A DNA stretch of 64,000 nt from an uncultured virus (IMG/VR IMGVR_UViG_3300042860_002775). Taxonomy: Duplodnaviria > Heunggongvirae > Uroviricota > Caudoviricetes. Below are positions 12,229-23,200 of this stretch, piece after piece; the first letter of the stretch is position 1, and each line of letters begins with the position of its first letter. The notes beneath the pieces were generated by a model. The model was not told the origin of the DNA, made no database searches, and saw only the letters and a program-made list of their open reading frames with translations. The position numbers were made by a program, and so were the translations under genes. The stretch lies in IMG/VR virus record IMGVR_UViG_3300042860_002775. One strand, written 5' to 3'.

Positions 12229-14466
12229 TTACGTAGACCCAGCATCTCCACCGTCCAGTACAATATCTATCACGTTACCTCCTCCACCACCTCCACCGCC
12301 ACCCCCACCGCCACCTCCACCTCCACCACCTCCACCGCCCCCACCTATTACAACGGTAAAAGGAATGTCGCTGGATACTATACCTACCGGATCTACGAAT
12401 ATTTTTGTTTTTAATGGCATAAATCTTTTATTATAAGCAAAAGTATATGAGTTTGAGCCATATGCCAGCCTATTTTGAGCATCATATAGTTCCATTTCTA
12501 TTTCATATAGTTCATTGGGCACTTTTACAGGTAATGGTATTTTTACGCTAAAACTATCAATAGAATAATCTATATTTTGATATGGTTGTATAGAAATATC
12601 GGATATGTTCCATTCGCCCTGACTTGGTGCAAGAAGTATAGTGCCAAATGACTCTTGTTCATTGAAAAATGTCTTTTCGTATGCTTCATTAGCGCCAAAG
12701 TTGTATGAACTGTCTATATATCCAATCATTTTTTTATTTGTTCCACTTATATAATAAGTATATAATTTAGCGTCATTTGAGTTGTTAGCACCCGCTTTTA
12801 CTTTCATACTGAACTTATATAAAGTATTTTGACGCAATCTGATAGGATTACTGTCATGAACCCTACCGTTTATTAGGTTCTCTTGTGAAGCACTGTAGTT
12901 TGATATATATGGAATGTTATTTATACCAAGGTACGACGATGTTGGATATATATCATAGTTTATAAATGCATCTGTATTCGCATACCAATATGAGTTATTC
13001 AGTAAGTTAGGTCCATAATATGTAAAGTCAGTTGAACCTGAAAATGTATTATCCTTGAATATTACATAATCACTCAATGAACTATTATCCGCGTGGCTTA
13101 TTCTGGCACCGTTTATAAGCACTTCGTTACTTTGAGTAAAAACACAGCCGCCCTTTATAAACCAATGCTTTTGTACATGTGCGTTATTATAAAAATATGA
13201 TGTATTATCATACAATCCATTATCAAACTTTTTTGAACGTATAACGTGCTCTGCTTCAATCTTACCTTCGGCCAGCAATGTTTTTGATATTGGCGTGTTT
13301 AAACTTCTCCCATATATCTTGTAGTATGACAAATCGCCGCACAATGTTCTTGCATTATTGCATTCAATATTTAACGCGGACACAAAGTATGTAGAACCTG
13401 AAGGGTCTGCTCTTGGCAAATATACAGGTATTTGTTTATGAAATATTTCATATTGACCATCGGACAAACTTAATACATAAAAATTTTTCTTATGAAATAC
13501 AGTTTGCTTGGCGGCATCATCTATTACTGTATATCCCTTCAACTGAACAAGATTGTTTTTGGCGTATGGTGAATCTTCGTTTGTTGAGTTGATAAGTTCA
13601 GATACGGTCGCAAATGGTATATCAAGCAGCAATGAAGTTTCATTTACTACTCGTTTTATTTTTGCGATAAAATCTGTATTCAATATGCCTTGATACTCTA
13701 CTCTATTATCGCCAAAGTTTGTGTATGTAAACTTTGTTACGGTTGGATTTTTCAGGCGTATATTTTCGCCTTCCATACTGGCACTAAACTTGTTTCCAGA
13801 TTTCCAGTATAGTTGATATGATGCATCTTCAAACTGATAATCATAATCTCCGTTTGCATTGTTTTTTGGACTTAGTGCAATTGACGAAAATGTGCCAGAA
13901 GATAAGCTATATGAACTCGTTGGATATAATGGCAGTGAATATATTTCTGATTTTGTTCTGATATATGGCGACGTAAAAAATCTTACTTCAGAATCAGTTT
14001 TTTTGCTAGTGTCTATCAATAAGTTTCTGGTCCATATAACTTCACCGGTTTCTAGCTTCTTATCTTCGGATGGAGCACTTGTTAGTGGCAATCTTTGGTT
14101 TTTATTTATCTTGTATCCAACATTATTATAATACGCAACAAGACCTGTATATCCTTCTAAATTTAGCCCAAGAGCACGTATTTCTATTTTTCCTGTGCCG
14201 TTGATTGTTTCTTCTGGAACATTTACATAGTATAATTGACCTGTGAGCGTTTGTTCAGAAAACGCAGAATTGGTTGGTTGAATTATTCCTGAAGGCAGAA
14301 TATTGCCTTGGGTGTCATATACTCTTACCGTAATAGGAGTATTAGGTATAACATACGGCGTTGTATTTACCGTAAACGAATTCTTGCCCGCTTTTAGTAC
14401 ATCACTAAAGTTAGTTAGAAAAAAGTAGGTATTAGAGTTGTAATCTACGTCAAATAGTTGTTCCAT
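12229..14466 (-). CDS. Probable virion structural protein with a 23-Gly tract and an LDGGDA C-terminus
   Basis: Beta-rich 745-aa ORF directly upstream of the fibre gene. Poly-Gly at 12277-12345. TATTTATA upstream. Confidence 0.6.
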   Translation of the reverse strand: MEQLFDVDYNSNTYFFLTNFSDVLKAGKNSFTVNTTPYVIPNTPITVRVYDTQGNILPSGIIQPTNSAFSEQTLTGQLYYVNVPEETINGTGKIEIRALGLNLEGYTGLVAYYNNVGYKINKNQRLPLTSAPSEDKKLETGEVIWTRNLLIDTSKKTDSEVRFFTSPYIRTKSEIYSLPLYPTSSYSLSSGTFSSIALSPKNNANGDYDYQFEDASYQLYWKSGNKFSASMEGENIRLKNPTVTKFTYTNFGDNRVEYQGILNTDFIAKIKRVVNETSLLLDIPFATVSELINSTNEDSPYAKNNLVQLKGYTVIDDAAKQTVFHKKNFYVLSLSDGQYEIFHKQIPVYLPRADPSGSTYFVSALNIECNNARTLCGDLSYYKIYGRSLNTPISKTLLAEGKIEAEHVIRSKKFDNGLYDNTSYFYNNAHVQKHWFIKGGCVFTQSNEVLINGARISHADNSSLSDYVIFKDNTFSGSTDFTYYGPNLLNNSYWYANTDAFINYDIYPTSSYLGINNIPYISNYSASQENLINGRVHDSNPIRLRQNTLYKFSMKVKAGANNSNDAKLYTYYISGTNKKMIGYIDSSYNFGANEAYEKTFFNEQESFGTILLAPSQGEWNISDISIQPYQNIDYSIDSFSVKIPLPVKVPNELYEIEMELYDAQNRLAYGSNSYTFAYNKRFMPLKTKIFVDPVGIVSSDIPFTVVIGGGGGGGGGGGGGGGGGGGGGGGNVIDIVLDGGDAGST

Positions 14467-14496
14467 AGGTTTTTATAGTTCCTATGGTTATAAATA
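14463..14496 (-). promoter_or_regulatory. TATTTATA motif plus a hairpin covering the start codon of 12229..14466
   Basis: Inverted repeat CCATAGG (14463-14469) / CCTATGG (14481-14487) includes the ATG. The motif is at 14489-14496. Confidence 0.55.
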
Positions 14497-14500
14497 TATA

Positions 14501-17500
14501 TCAGACGGTATTATCTATCTTACTGAACCCGTTTTCCTTCTTTATCTCAAGTTGCTTATCTACCATGTCTCGCATAGCGTCAAGATGGCTTATTATAATG
14601 ATAAAATCAAAGTTTCGCTTTAGATAATCAAATAATGCGTGTAGCATAGGTATATTATGACCATCTAATGCTGAAAAACCTTCATCTACAACAAGATAGT
14701 TTGGTCTTGGTAGATTACTCACGTTGATTAGAGCAACTCTAAGTGCCAATCCCGATATGAACTTTTCCATACCTGAACATAGTTCAAGCGGCCATTTTTT
14801 ATCTTCATACTTGATATATACATTCACATTCTTGCCGTCTGTTTCTATGCTTACACTAAACTCGACAATATGAGATAGTATGTTATTTACTTCTTGTTCA
14901 ATCTTTGGTATGGCGTCGGATATTATTTGATATGGCACGCCATCCTTGCCAACGGCAGAAATATAATATTGATATGCGGAAAGATCATCTTCGTATTGTT
15001 GTATTGTCAATAGTTGTTTTTCTGATTCTTTGAGTTGATCGACCGCAGATACTTTCTTGCTATACGCATCCATATGCTCTTTTTCTATGTTTTTGAGCTT
15101 AGATGATATGTTTGACGCTTTGATTTTTAGCTCATTGACAATATCTTCTATCGCCTTGTTGCTTTCTACAATCTCTTTTGACTTTTCATATAGTTCAATT
15201 TGATCTTGTAGTTCTTTGATGCGAGCATCATTTCTTTCAACACCGGACTTTAGATTTGTTTTTTCAAGTTCTTTCTTGGAAATAAAAGCAGTAAGCGTGT
15301 TGAGTATTTCTTTTAGTTTCACGCTTTCTTCATACTTTGATACATACTCGGCATATGCTTCCATTTCTGTTTTGATGTTTGATAATGCGTCGGATAGTTC
15401 CTTGGCTTCTGTTCTATCGGCAGCAAGGCTTTCTCTGGTTGATATAGCATCTTTTACAAAGATATTATCGCAGCAGTATTTACAGTTGGGGTCATATTCG
15501 TGTTTATCAAGATGAGCCAACTTCTTCAGCTTTTCAGACACAATCGTTTTGAGTTTATCCATCTCGGTTTCAATACGCTGCTTGGTTCTGCTTAGTGTCT
15601 GATACTTGTCATGCTTTTCTTTGAGATCGTCTGGAAACTCTTTTAGCTTGTTGGCGGCGTCAACATATATTGGCTTTTTGGCTGATACTTCAATATCAAT
15701 CTTTTCAATATTTTCATTTGCCAGCTTGTTTTTTGATACAAGATTATCTCGCTCACGAACAATAGGCATTATGTTTGTAGGAACATTTTCAAGTTTTACA
15801 ATAGTAGCTTTTTTAGCGTCTATTTCGGCATCAACTTCATTCTTGAACGCCGCTTGTGTTTCTTTTTGTGCGTTCAAGTCATTGATTTTAGAGTCAAGCA
15901 GTTCTATATCATTGCTGGTTTGGCTTATTTTCTTCAGCCCATTTTCTTTGTTGAACAACTTGACCGCACCAGACAGTTCCTTGGTTTTGTCTGCGGCAAG
16001 AGAAGCTAGTTTATCAAACAAGTTTAGACCAATAAACTGAGACAATAGTTCTTTGCGTTCTGTTTGTCCCATATCAATAAACGAGCCTTGATTGCCTTGT
16101 AGAGCAAGTGTAGTCAATACAAAATCATCATAGTCGCCAAGATAATCACGTATGATTTCATTGGTGCTGCGGCGAGCTTCGCTGTTGAGGCTTACTTTTT
16201 CATCGCCGTTTAGCTTGTAAAAGTTTACATCAACTTTGACATTGTTCTTTTTGTCTCGCTTGCCTTCACGTTCAATAACGTAATGAACATTGTTTATCTC
16301 AAATGTGAACTTGCCACTAAAACTCATCTTTTGCGAGTTCATTACGTGCGTGGCCTTGAATGCTCGTGCACTCTTGTCAAACACCGTAAAGCACAACGCA
16401 TCCATCAATGAACTTTTGCCGCTGGCATTTGCCGCAAATAGTCCATATACATCCTCAAGCTTTGTAAAATCAAGAATGTTCTTTTCGCCATAACTAAACA
16501 TATTGCTGAACTCAAACTTGACTGGCTTCCAGCGAATGTTTCTGGATGTATCATCCTTGCTTAGTCCAGTATTTAGTTCCTTGTTGATTTTACAGACGGT
16601 GTCAATAGTTTCATCGTCCATAACATCCACAAACTTCTTTCGCAGATAATCCGTGATGATTTTGTTCTGATAATCAATATTGCCGATTTGATTTAGATTT
16701 GATATGTTTTGTGCTTGAGCAACCTTGGTGGCACCATCTGTATCTACTCTTACATATATCAAGTCGGTGATTTCATATGTTTTGCGTAGTTCATTGATTA
16801 CCTTCTTTACTTCTGTCGCAACACTTTCCTTACAACGCACACGTAGTTTTGGCTTACGTGGCATTGTGGTTATGTCAGTAATCAGTTTGCCGTCATCAAC
16901 ATCTATCGTAAAATACCCATAGTCGTTTGGTATTTCAACATGAGAATATGTTCTTTGCTTGATGTTCCATAGCGATAGTCCGTGTCCAAGCAATGCTTCG
17001 CCGTGGTTCTGCTGGATAAGAGACCCCGCATAACGTATAATAGGTTTTTCATTAGTTTCATCATATTGCTGTAAATCTTGAGCCATATGAATATCACCAA
17101 GCATGGCAATATCGTGCCCATCAAATAGTTCGTTGGTTATTGTTTTATCCGAGACCGCATATCCTATATCTGTGCGAGCATTTAGTACTCCGCCGTGATA
17201 TAAAGCGATTTTTGTATCAAAACTGGTCTTTATCTTTTTGGTTACATTCTTGAGCTTGATGTATTTGGTAACGTCGTCAAATACACTCATATTATTGATG
17301 AGCAAATTTGCGGCACCATACAAGCCGGTATTCTTTAGATAAAAAAGTTTATTGTGCTTTAGATTATCAACGATAGGAGAAATACTATCAAGACGAGTAG
17401 CATTAGTAAGCAAACAATCGTGATTGCCTGCGATGATAATCGTTGGTCTAAGTTCTGATAGTTTATGAAAAAACTCACTTGTAATCTGAACTGCTTCTGG

Positions 17501-17707
17501 GCTCAAATCAACTTTGCTATGAAGTGTGTCGCCAGTATTGATAATAACCGTGTTTTCTGGCGTCTTTGATATTTCAGCATACAGCTTCTCAAACGCTTCT
17601 CTATATTCTTCGTGGCGTTTTGTAAGACGAATATGTATGTCGGATATATGAACAACATAATCAATCTTACTTAGTCCTATATCCAACTTTTCAAATGTAT
17701 CTACCAT
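14501..17707 (-). CDS. Fused SbcD/Mre11 nuclease and SbcC/Rad50 ATPase (gp47-gp46-like)
   Basis: Phosphoesterase motifs SDIH, GDTLH, GNHD, GDIH. Walker A NASGKSS, coiled coil with a CKYC hook, signature CSGME, Walker B VVDEG, H-loop IISH. Confidence 0.92.
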   Translation of the reverse strand: MVDTFEKLDIGLSKIDYVVHISDIHIRLTKRHEEYREAFEKLYAEISKTPENTVIINTGDTLHSKVDLSPEAVQITSEFFHKLSELRPTIIIAGNHDCLLTNATRLDSISPIVDNLKHNKLFYLKNTGLYGAANLLINNMSVFDDVTKYIKLKNVTKKIKTSFDTKIALYHGGVLNARTDIGYAVSDKTITNELFDGHDIAMLGDIHMAQDLQQYDETNEKPIIRYAGSLIQQNHGEALLGHGLSLWNIKQRTYSHVEIPNDYGYFTIDVDDGKLITDITTMPRKPKLRVRCKESVATEVKKVINELRKTYEITDLIYVRVDTDGATKVAQAQNISNLNQIGNIDYQNKIITDYLRKKFVDVMDDETIDTVCKINKELNTGLSKDDTSRNIRWKPVKFEFSNMFSYGEKNILDFTKLEDVYGLFAANASGKSSLMDALCFTVFDKSARAFKATHVMNSQKMSFSGKFTFEINNVHYVIEREGKRDKKNNVKVDVNFYKLNGDEKVSLNSEARRSTNEIIRDYLGDYDDFVLTTLALQGNQGSFIDMGQTERKELLSQFIGLNLFDKLASLAADKTKELSGAVKLFNKENGLKKISQTSNDIELLDSKINDLNAQKETQAAFKNEVDAEIDAKKATIVKLENVPTNIMPIVRERDNLVSKNKLANENIEKIDIEVSAKKPIYVDAANKLKEFPDDLKEKHDKYQTLSRTKQRIETEMDKLKTIVSEKLKKLAHLDKHEYDPNCKYCCDNIFVKDAISTRESLAADRTEAKELSDALSNIKTEMEAYAEYVSKYEESVKLKEILNTLTAFISKKELEKTNLKSGVERNDARIKELQDQIELYEKSKEIVESNKAIEDIVNELKIKASNISSKLKNIEKEHMDAYSKKVSAVDQLKESEKQLLTIQQYEDDLSAYQYYISAVGKDGVPYQIISDAIPKIEQEVNNILSHIVEFSVSIETDGKNVNVYIKYEDKKWPLELCSGMEKFISGLALRVALINVSNLPRPNYLVVDEGFSALDGHNIPMLHALFDYLKRNFDFIIIISHLDAMRDMVDKQLEIKKENGFSKIDNTV

Positions 17708-17711
17708 AATA

Positions 17712-18686
17712 TTATTTTCCTAATCTTAAACAGGTTAGTGCCCCAAAGTCAAGCACATCCGTTTGTTTAATCTGGTTTATAGTTTTTTCAAATCCAAGCA
17801 CGTTGGGATCTTTGCCTTCTAAACGCACAAGCTTGGCAGTTTTTCCAAGAGATTGTATAAACTTCGCAATCTTGATGGCACTATTCAACGCATCATCGTC
17901 CAACACAATATTGACTTCAGGACATTTGCTGGAAGTTATTGCTGCCTGAAGTTTTTTGCTCATTGTTTTACCAAACAGCGGTATGGCATTACGTTTGAGC
18001 GATATAGCATCGAGTGCACCTTCGCACAGATATATTGGATAATCAAAGTCTATCATATTCTCAAACCCAATGATATTCTTGCTAAATTCACTATTCTTAT
18101 ATTTGTAGCCGTCATCATAATAACTGCGGCAACTATAAAAGTTCAGATTGTTATCTTTGTCGTATGATGGAAATACAAGACGATTGGCAAATGGACCCTT
18201 TGCGCAATATCCAATGTTGTATTTTACAATATCACACAACGATAGTTTGCGTTTCTTGGCATAGTTGAACGCGACTTTATATTCTCTGCTGCCGTCATTT
18301 TCTGCCAAACTCTTGAAGTCAGGCATAAGAGAAAGTGATTCCGTTTTTTCAACTTCAACTTCACCAACTTTGAGTGATAAAATCTTGCTGTCAAACTCTG
18401 ATAAATTTGATTTGTGCCCGGTATATCGGTCATTATCCCGCACTTTGTCCAATATATCGGACGTTACGTTCATTCGCTTAAACAGCCAATATAATCCACG
18501 ACCCTTGGCGTGACATACCCAGCAATTCCATTTTTGGGGATCATCCAGACACACTTCCATCTTTGTCTTATGATGGTGGCAGAAAGGACAATGATATACT
18601 ATATTGTTGCCTTTACGCAGCCTGCCAGTTTCCTTGAATGCTCTGTTCAGCAAACTGGTAAGTTCTGTTATTTTTAATGATGACAT
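17712..18686 (-). CDS. DNA primase (zinc finger + TOPRIM)
   Basis: CPFC..H...CWVC zinc-binding domain, RLVFP, YLCEGALDA, LDDDA, KDPN. Confidence 0.88.
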   Translation of the reverse strand: MSSLKITELTSLLNRAFKETGRLRKGNNIVYHCPFCHHHKTKMEVCLDDPQKWNCWVCHAKGRGLYWLFKRMNVTSDILDKVRDNDRYTGHKSNLSEFDSKILSLKVGEVEVEKTESLSLMPDFKSLAENDGSREYKVAFNYAKKRKLSLCDIVKYNIGYCAKGPFANRLVFPSYDKDNNLNFYSCRSYYDDGYKYKNSEFSKNIIGFENMIDFDYPIYLCEGALDAISLKRNAIPLFGKTMSKKLQAAITSSKCPEVNIVLDDDALNSAIKIAKFIQSLGKTAKLVRLEGKDPNVLGFEKTINQIKQTDVLDFGALTCLRLGK

Positions 18687-18696
18687 TTACCATACC

Positions 18697-18724
18697 ACTA
18701 TACAGATAATGGTAAAGTAGTCAA
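18697..18724 (-). promoter_or_regulatory. sigma70-like promoter TTGACT-N16-TATAGT
   Basis: Read directly, 10 nt upstream of the primase ATG. Confidence 0.65.
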
Positions 18725-18729
18725 CTAAT

Positions 18730-18758
18730 AAAAAACCCGCCGTATTTGGCGGGTTTTT
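18730..18758. terminator. Intrinsic terminator, bidirectional shape
   Basis: aaaaaacccgcc-gtattt-ggcgggttttt. Confidence 0.85.
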
Positions 18759-18790
18759 GTAATTTATTATTTATCTAATTTTCGTCCCCC

Positions 18791-19261
18791 TCAATCGCTT
18801 TCTAGTTTCTCAATTCCCCGAATAATTGCATCCGTGATGTCTGTTGTTTTTTCAGCTTTTGTGACATCTTCTTTAACAGCATTAAACTGCTCTCCCCATA
18901 TTCTAACACTGATAGTAGCCTTCCGCGAGCCTCTATCCAAAGTTAATGTAACTTTGTATAATTGTTCTACTCCACTTTTTTTTAATTTTTCAAAAGTTAA
19001 TAATTGAGTTGACCCCCCGTCGAATGCTGGTCCGCTTATCGCCGTTACTGGATAAAAGCTGTAACTAGTATTCGGCATATTATATATTTTTGATTTTCTC
19101 AATTCTTTCAGAATTTTACTACCAAGTTCGTCCATAAATTTGTCTTGTTCGCCAAGTTTTGACAATGAATCCAAGTATTGGTTGTAAATTGTCGAAGCAT
19201 TGCTTCCTCCAACTTCTTCAATTACTTCTCTAATCAATTGTTTTAGTTCGCTTCTTTTCAT
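18791..19261 (-). CDS. Hypothetical protein with an MKxSELKxLIxEV N-terminal motif
   Basis: N-terminus shared with 40895..41596 and 33948..34403. Confidence 0.7.
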   Translation of the reverse strand: MKRSELKQLIREVIEEVGGSNASTIYNQYLDSLSKLGEQDKFMDELGSKILKELRKSKIYNMPNTSYSFYPVTAISGPAFDGGSTQLLTFEKLKKSGVEQLYKVTLTLDRGSRKATISVRIWGEQFNAVKEDVTKAEKTTDITDAIIRGIEKLESD

Positions 19262-19313
19262 AATGATATATCTCTAAAAGGTTATCTTAATAAATATAAT
19301 GCTAAAACGGTAA

Positions 19314-19805
19314 TCAACCAGCCAAACTTAATACTATGGCGTCTCGCACATCTTCCATCCTTTTATCAGGATTTCCTTTTTTATTTAAAACAGACCATTT
19401 TGATAAATCGTATTGTTTCTCCAATTCGGCTTTTACAAAATCTTTAGCCTTGACGCCTTTAGCGCGCGCCGCACCAAGTGCTTTTTTACGAGCAGTTTGT
19501 GCGTGAATACTATCTACACATACACCATAATGATTTTCAAGTATATAACCTACTACAGCCTTGTTCTTGACCAGTTTAATAATGACTTGCTGTGAAGTAC
19601 CCCCACCAGCAAACCCAAACAAGCTTTCTTCAATCATTATTTTATCAAAACTGTGACCAACCAGAGTTTTTATAATAAGGTCTGCTTTATCTTTATACTT
19701 CTCGGCGTTTGATATATCAATATAGCCGCAAGATAGTATTTCTTTATTTTCTGTAATAGCCCATCCACAAGTTGTTGTGGATAAGTCAAGACCCAACACT
19801 TTCAT
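19314..19805 (-). CDS. RuvC-like Holliday junction resolvase
   Basis: VLGLDLSTTTCGWAI, IMIEE and a C-terminal DVRDAI: the RNase H-fold acidic residue pattern. Confidence 0.85.
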   Translation of the reverse strand: MKVLGLDLSTTTCGWAITENKEILSCGYIDISNAEKYKDKADLIIKTLVGHSFDKIMIEESLFGFAGGGTSQQVIIKLVKNKAVVGYILENHYGVCVDSIHAQTARKKALGAARAKGVKAKDFVKAELEKQYDLSKWSVLNKKGNPDKRMEDVRDAIVLSLAG

Positions 19806-19823
19806 ATAACCATTTATAATAAA

Positions 19824-20171
19824 TCAACCGTGATATGTAGAATTGCTGTGTCGCAGCGTGTTTCTGGCATAATTCAATGCAGAATTGCTGAATCCACCAT
19901 TTCTGGTAATAAACGGTATGAACGAGCTTGGTTGAAATGTACGAGTATATTGATTGTCAATATAATTATTTGTGGATTGATATACTGGACCGCCTGCCTT
20001 ATAACTTTCTCCCCATCCTCTGTCCCCAATGCCGTTTCTTGGTGCAATCAAATGCGACCGAATATTGCCATACACAGATGCTCCAAGACGAGGATCGGTA
20101 TGTATAGTTCTATATAATGTTTCTAATCTTTCAGGACCAGATGGTTTTGCGATTGGGTCGAGTGCTGACAT
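19824..20171 (-). CDS. Hypothetical protein
   Basis: Fills the gap between genes. Has an AGGAG SD-like site and TATTTATA (20195-20202) upstream. Confidence 0.65.
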   Translation of the reverse strand: MSALDPIAKPSGPERLETLYRTIHTDPRLGASVYGNIRSHLIAPRNGIGDRGWGESYKAGGPVYQSTNNYIDNQYTRTFQPSSFIPFITRNGGFSNSALNYARNTLRHSNSTYHG

Positions 20172-20207
20172 ATGTATTTTCTCCTATTATTTATTATAAA
20201 TATAATG

Positions 20208-23200
20208 TTACGTATCAAAACGAACAACAATATTAAGCGGCCAATCAATTAAGTTTTTTACAGGTCTTCCCAATTTACCAACAGCTACAAGTTCGTTTCC
20301 GTCATACAAGCCAATAGTTGTTATAAACGGAGCCAAATATGAACCTGTAGGGTCGTATGATGAACTATATTGATACTCTAAGAAATATGGATTTACTTTT
20401 GCATTATCACTGCGGCAATATGCATTCAAATATTCTTTTATTTCTTTTACATATCTACGTGTAGAGTCTTCGTTAATCAACAAGTTTAATCTGTCTGGAG
20501 TAAGACGTTGTAGATAATAAAGAGAAAGTATGTTTCCGTCGTTTAGGTTTATTTTTCCGTCACCATCAATATCAAGTAACCCCGTGTTTACCAAATTATT
20601 TTCTATATAATCAAACGCAGTTTTGGTGAATGCATTAAATGATGAGCTTGCTAAATATGCCGCCTCATCACTTTCCAATAACAACACATCCTCGGATTCA
20701 AGTTGTAGTATGTCATTATTCCACCAACTATAATCTTTAAGACTATCTTGTTCTAAAATAATTCCATTATCGTCAAACACGAATTCTTCAAAGAATTTTC
20801 TCTTTTGCAAATACCGCATTATCAAATCAACATCATTAAAATCAAAAACTCCATCTTGATTTACGTCAAACAACAATGAACTTTGCACAAGTGCAGTAGG
20901 ATTGATACTATAATTGAATTCTCCTGGTCTAATAGAAATTAAATGTTCGTGCTCGTATATTGTATGAGAACCTTGATAGTTTAAATCAAATCCACGAGAA
21001 CCTGTACCAGTGAATATATTGTAATAATTGGACGATGTATTTGTTAATACAAAATATCCATTCTTATAAAATACATTTCCGATTAATGGGCTGGTCTGGT
21101 AATTGCTAAGATTATAAACATAAACTGAACCGGAACAATTTGATGGAAACCCCAGTAAGTTATTTGGGTCAGAAATAGACTCTGTGGCCGAGGCTGTGGC
21201 AAGGTGTACAACAGGTGCACCAACCGTCAAAAAGTCAGAACAAACGCAGACAGAATATCCATAAATATTACTTGGTTTGTATGCTTCTTTGTTTCGCTTT
21301 ATCATGCCTGTCAGTTTCCAAGCATCCGACGCATCGTCATAATTATATACAGTTACTCTACCCAATACTCCGGACGTATCTTCGGACGAAGTTGAAGCGT
21401 ATGAATAATTTTGTAATACATATTGTCCATCAACATAATCGACGCTTGTACCGGTTGTGTCGGACCAAGATGTTACCGCAGCAAAATTTCCATCAACAGA
21501 CACAGATTTTCCAAAATTATTATTTTTTGTATATTGCCTGTCACCAAATGTTTTTAGAGATTTCCAATAACTGGATGTTCCGCACTGCGGCATATATCTA
21601 TAAAAATAAGCTGCCCCAAGAACAGTTGCTCCACCAGAGTATGAAGAATATGGAATAAATGCCTTATCGCTCAAGCATCCAACAACTATTGTCGGATAAC
21701 TTACAGAGACCGAAGTTCCAAATCCATCCGTTGTTATTTCTGTAGAAGTAACATCGTTATTGTATAGTGCAAGAGACATATCCAAGTCTCCGTATGTATT
21801 ATCTCTTCTGAGTATCTTACATTCTCCCCAAGACGCTGTGGGACATTCTCCGTATGAAGCAGAATAGTATGAGCAAGTGAATACTGCGGCATATCCATTT
21901 CCACTCTTGTATGTTCCCACAACTAAACTACCAGAATCTAAAGAAACACACCATCCGAATTTATCACCGGAAGCAAGCACGCTTGATGTAACGACCGCTT
22001 CATATACCCAAGTATAACTACCAGACAATGCGCCAGAAGCAATAGTTCTTTCATTATATATCGTATATGATCCAGATTCTGTTATAAGTTCTCCACAAAA
22101 ATCATCCTGTGGGGCAACAGTTTGCCAGAATGAACTGGTTTGTATGTTGTCACACCCATTACTAAAATATCTCTTTCTTCTGAAAATATAAACTGCACCA
22201 GATCCACTTACATTTGGTGCACCGACCGCCAACGTGTCGTCATCCAACGCAACAGAATGTCCAAAATAATCATTGTCCGTTGCTCCCTGTAATATATTGA
22301 CGAGTCCCCAGTTATCTATGCCGCCCTTGTCTCTATTGTATACAAATACATAGCCAGGAAATGAACCAGACAAACATATAGATCCGGAAGATGAGCCAAT
22401 CGCGAGAAAATTATCTCTCACCGAGACGGATTGACCAAACGTGTCTGTGAAATACGAAGAACTTGCCTGAAACTCTGGTATTGAATATGGGAATGTATCA
22501 TCAACGTCAAAATCAGTGAAAAATCCAGAATCCGTAAATGGACAATTAAATTTTTTAACTAGTCTGTGAACTCCGGTATTGTCGTCGTATTTAAATATCG
22601 CTGCATATCCCAACGAAGGTCTATACAAGCTATACTTGTCTATTGAAGACCCAACAGCAACATACTTGTACCACGAACTGACCGATTCACCGAAGTGCTC
22701 ATTGTCCGATTGAAAATTATCTACAACAGAACTGCTATCAAATAAAATGGAAGATGTTCCAACATAAGAAACATTCATTCCTATACTGGCATACTCTTTT
22801 GCGGAGACTACATCTATTTTATGGACTATGCCATTGCCCAGGTTCAAATAAAATTCTCCACTTGAAGTATCCCAATATGGTCTTGGATATATGTTTTTTA
22901 CCCCACCCAAAGTTGTATATGTAGAAAAGTGAGAACCGCTGACATACAAATTAGTGTACCCGTCATCTAATATTCTATATTCTTCATGTGGATTTGAGTT
23001 GTCGGTAATTACCACGGAGCTTGGTCTTACTTTGTCACCAAATGCGTTATGATTTAGTGCCAACGAAACAACTCTATCATTTATGCTTCTAACTTCTCTT
23101 TTTCCAGTTACTTTATCGGTTGTATAACTTTCTACGCCAAACAACTCAGTGAAGTTGTTCTTGTTTCTATAAAACATAGCGTCAGTGAGACTATATATGT

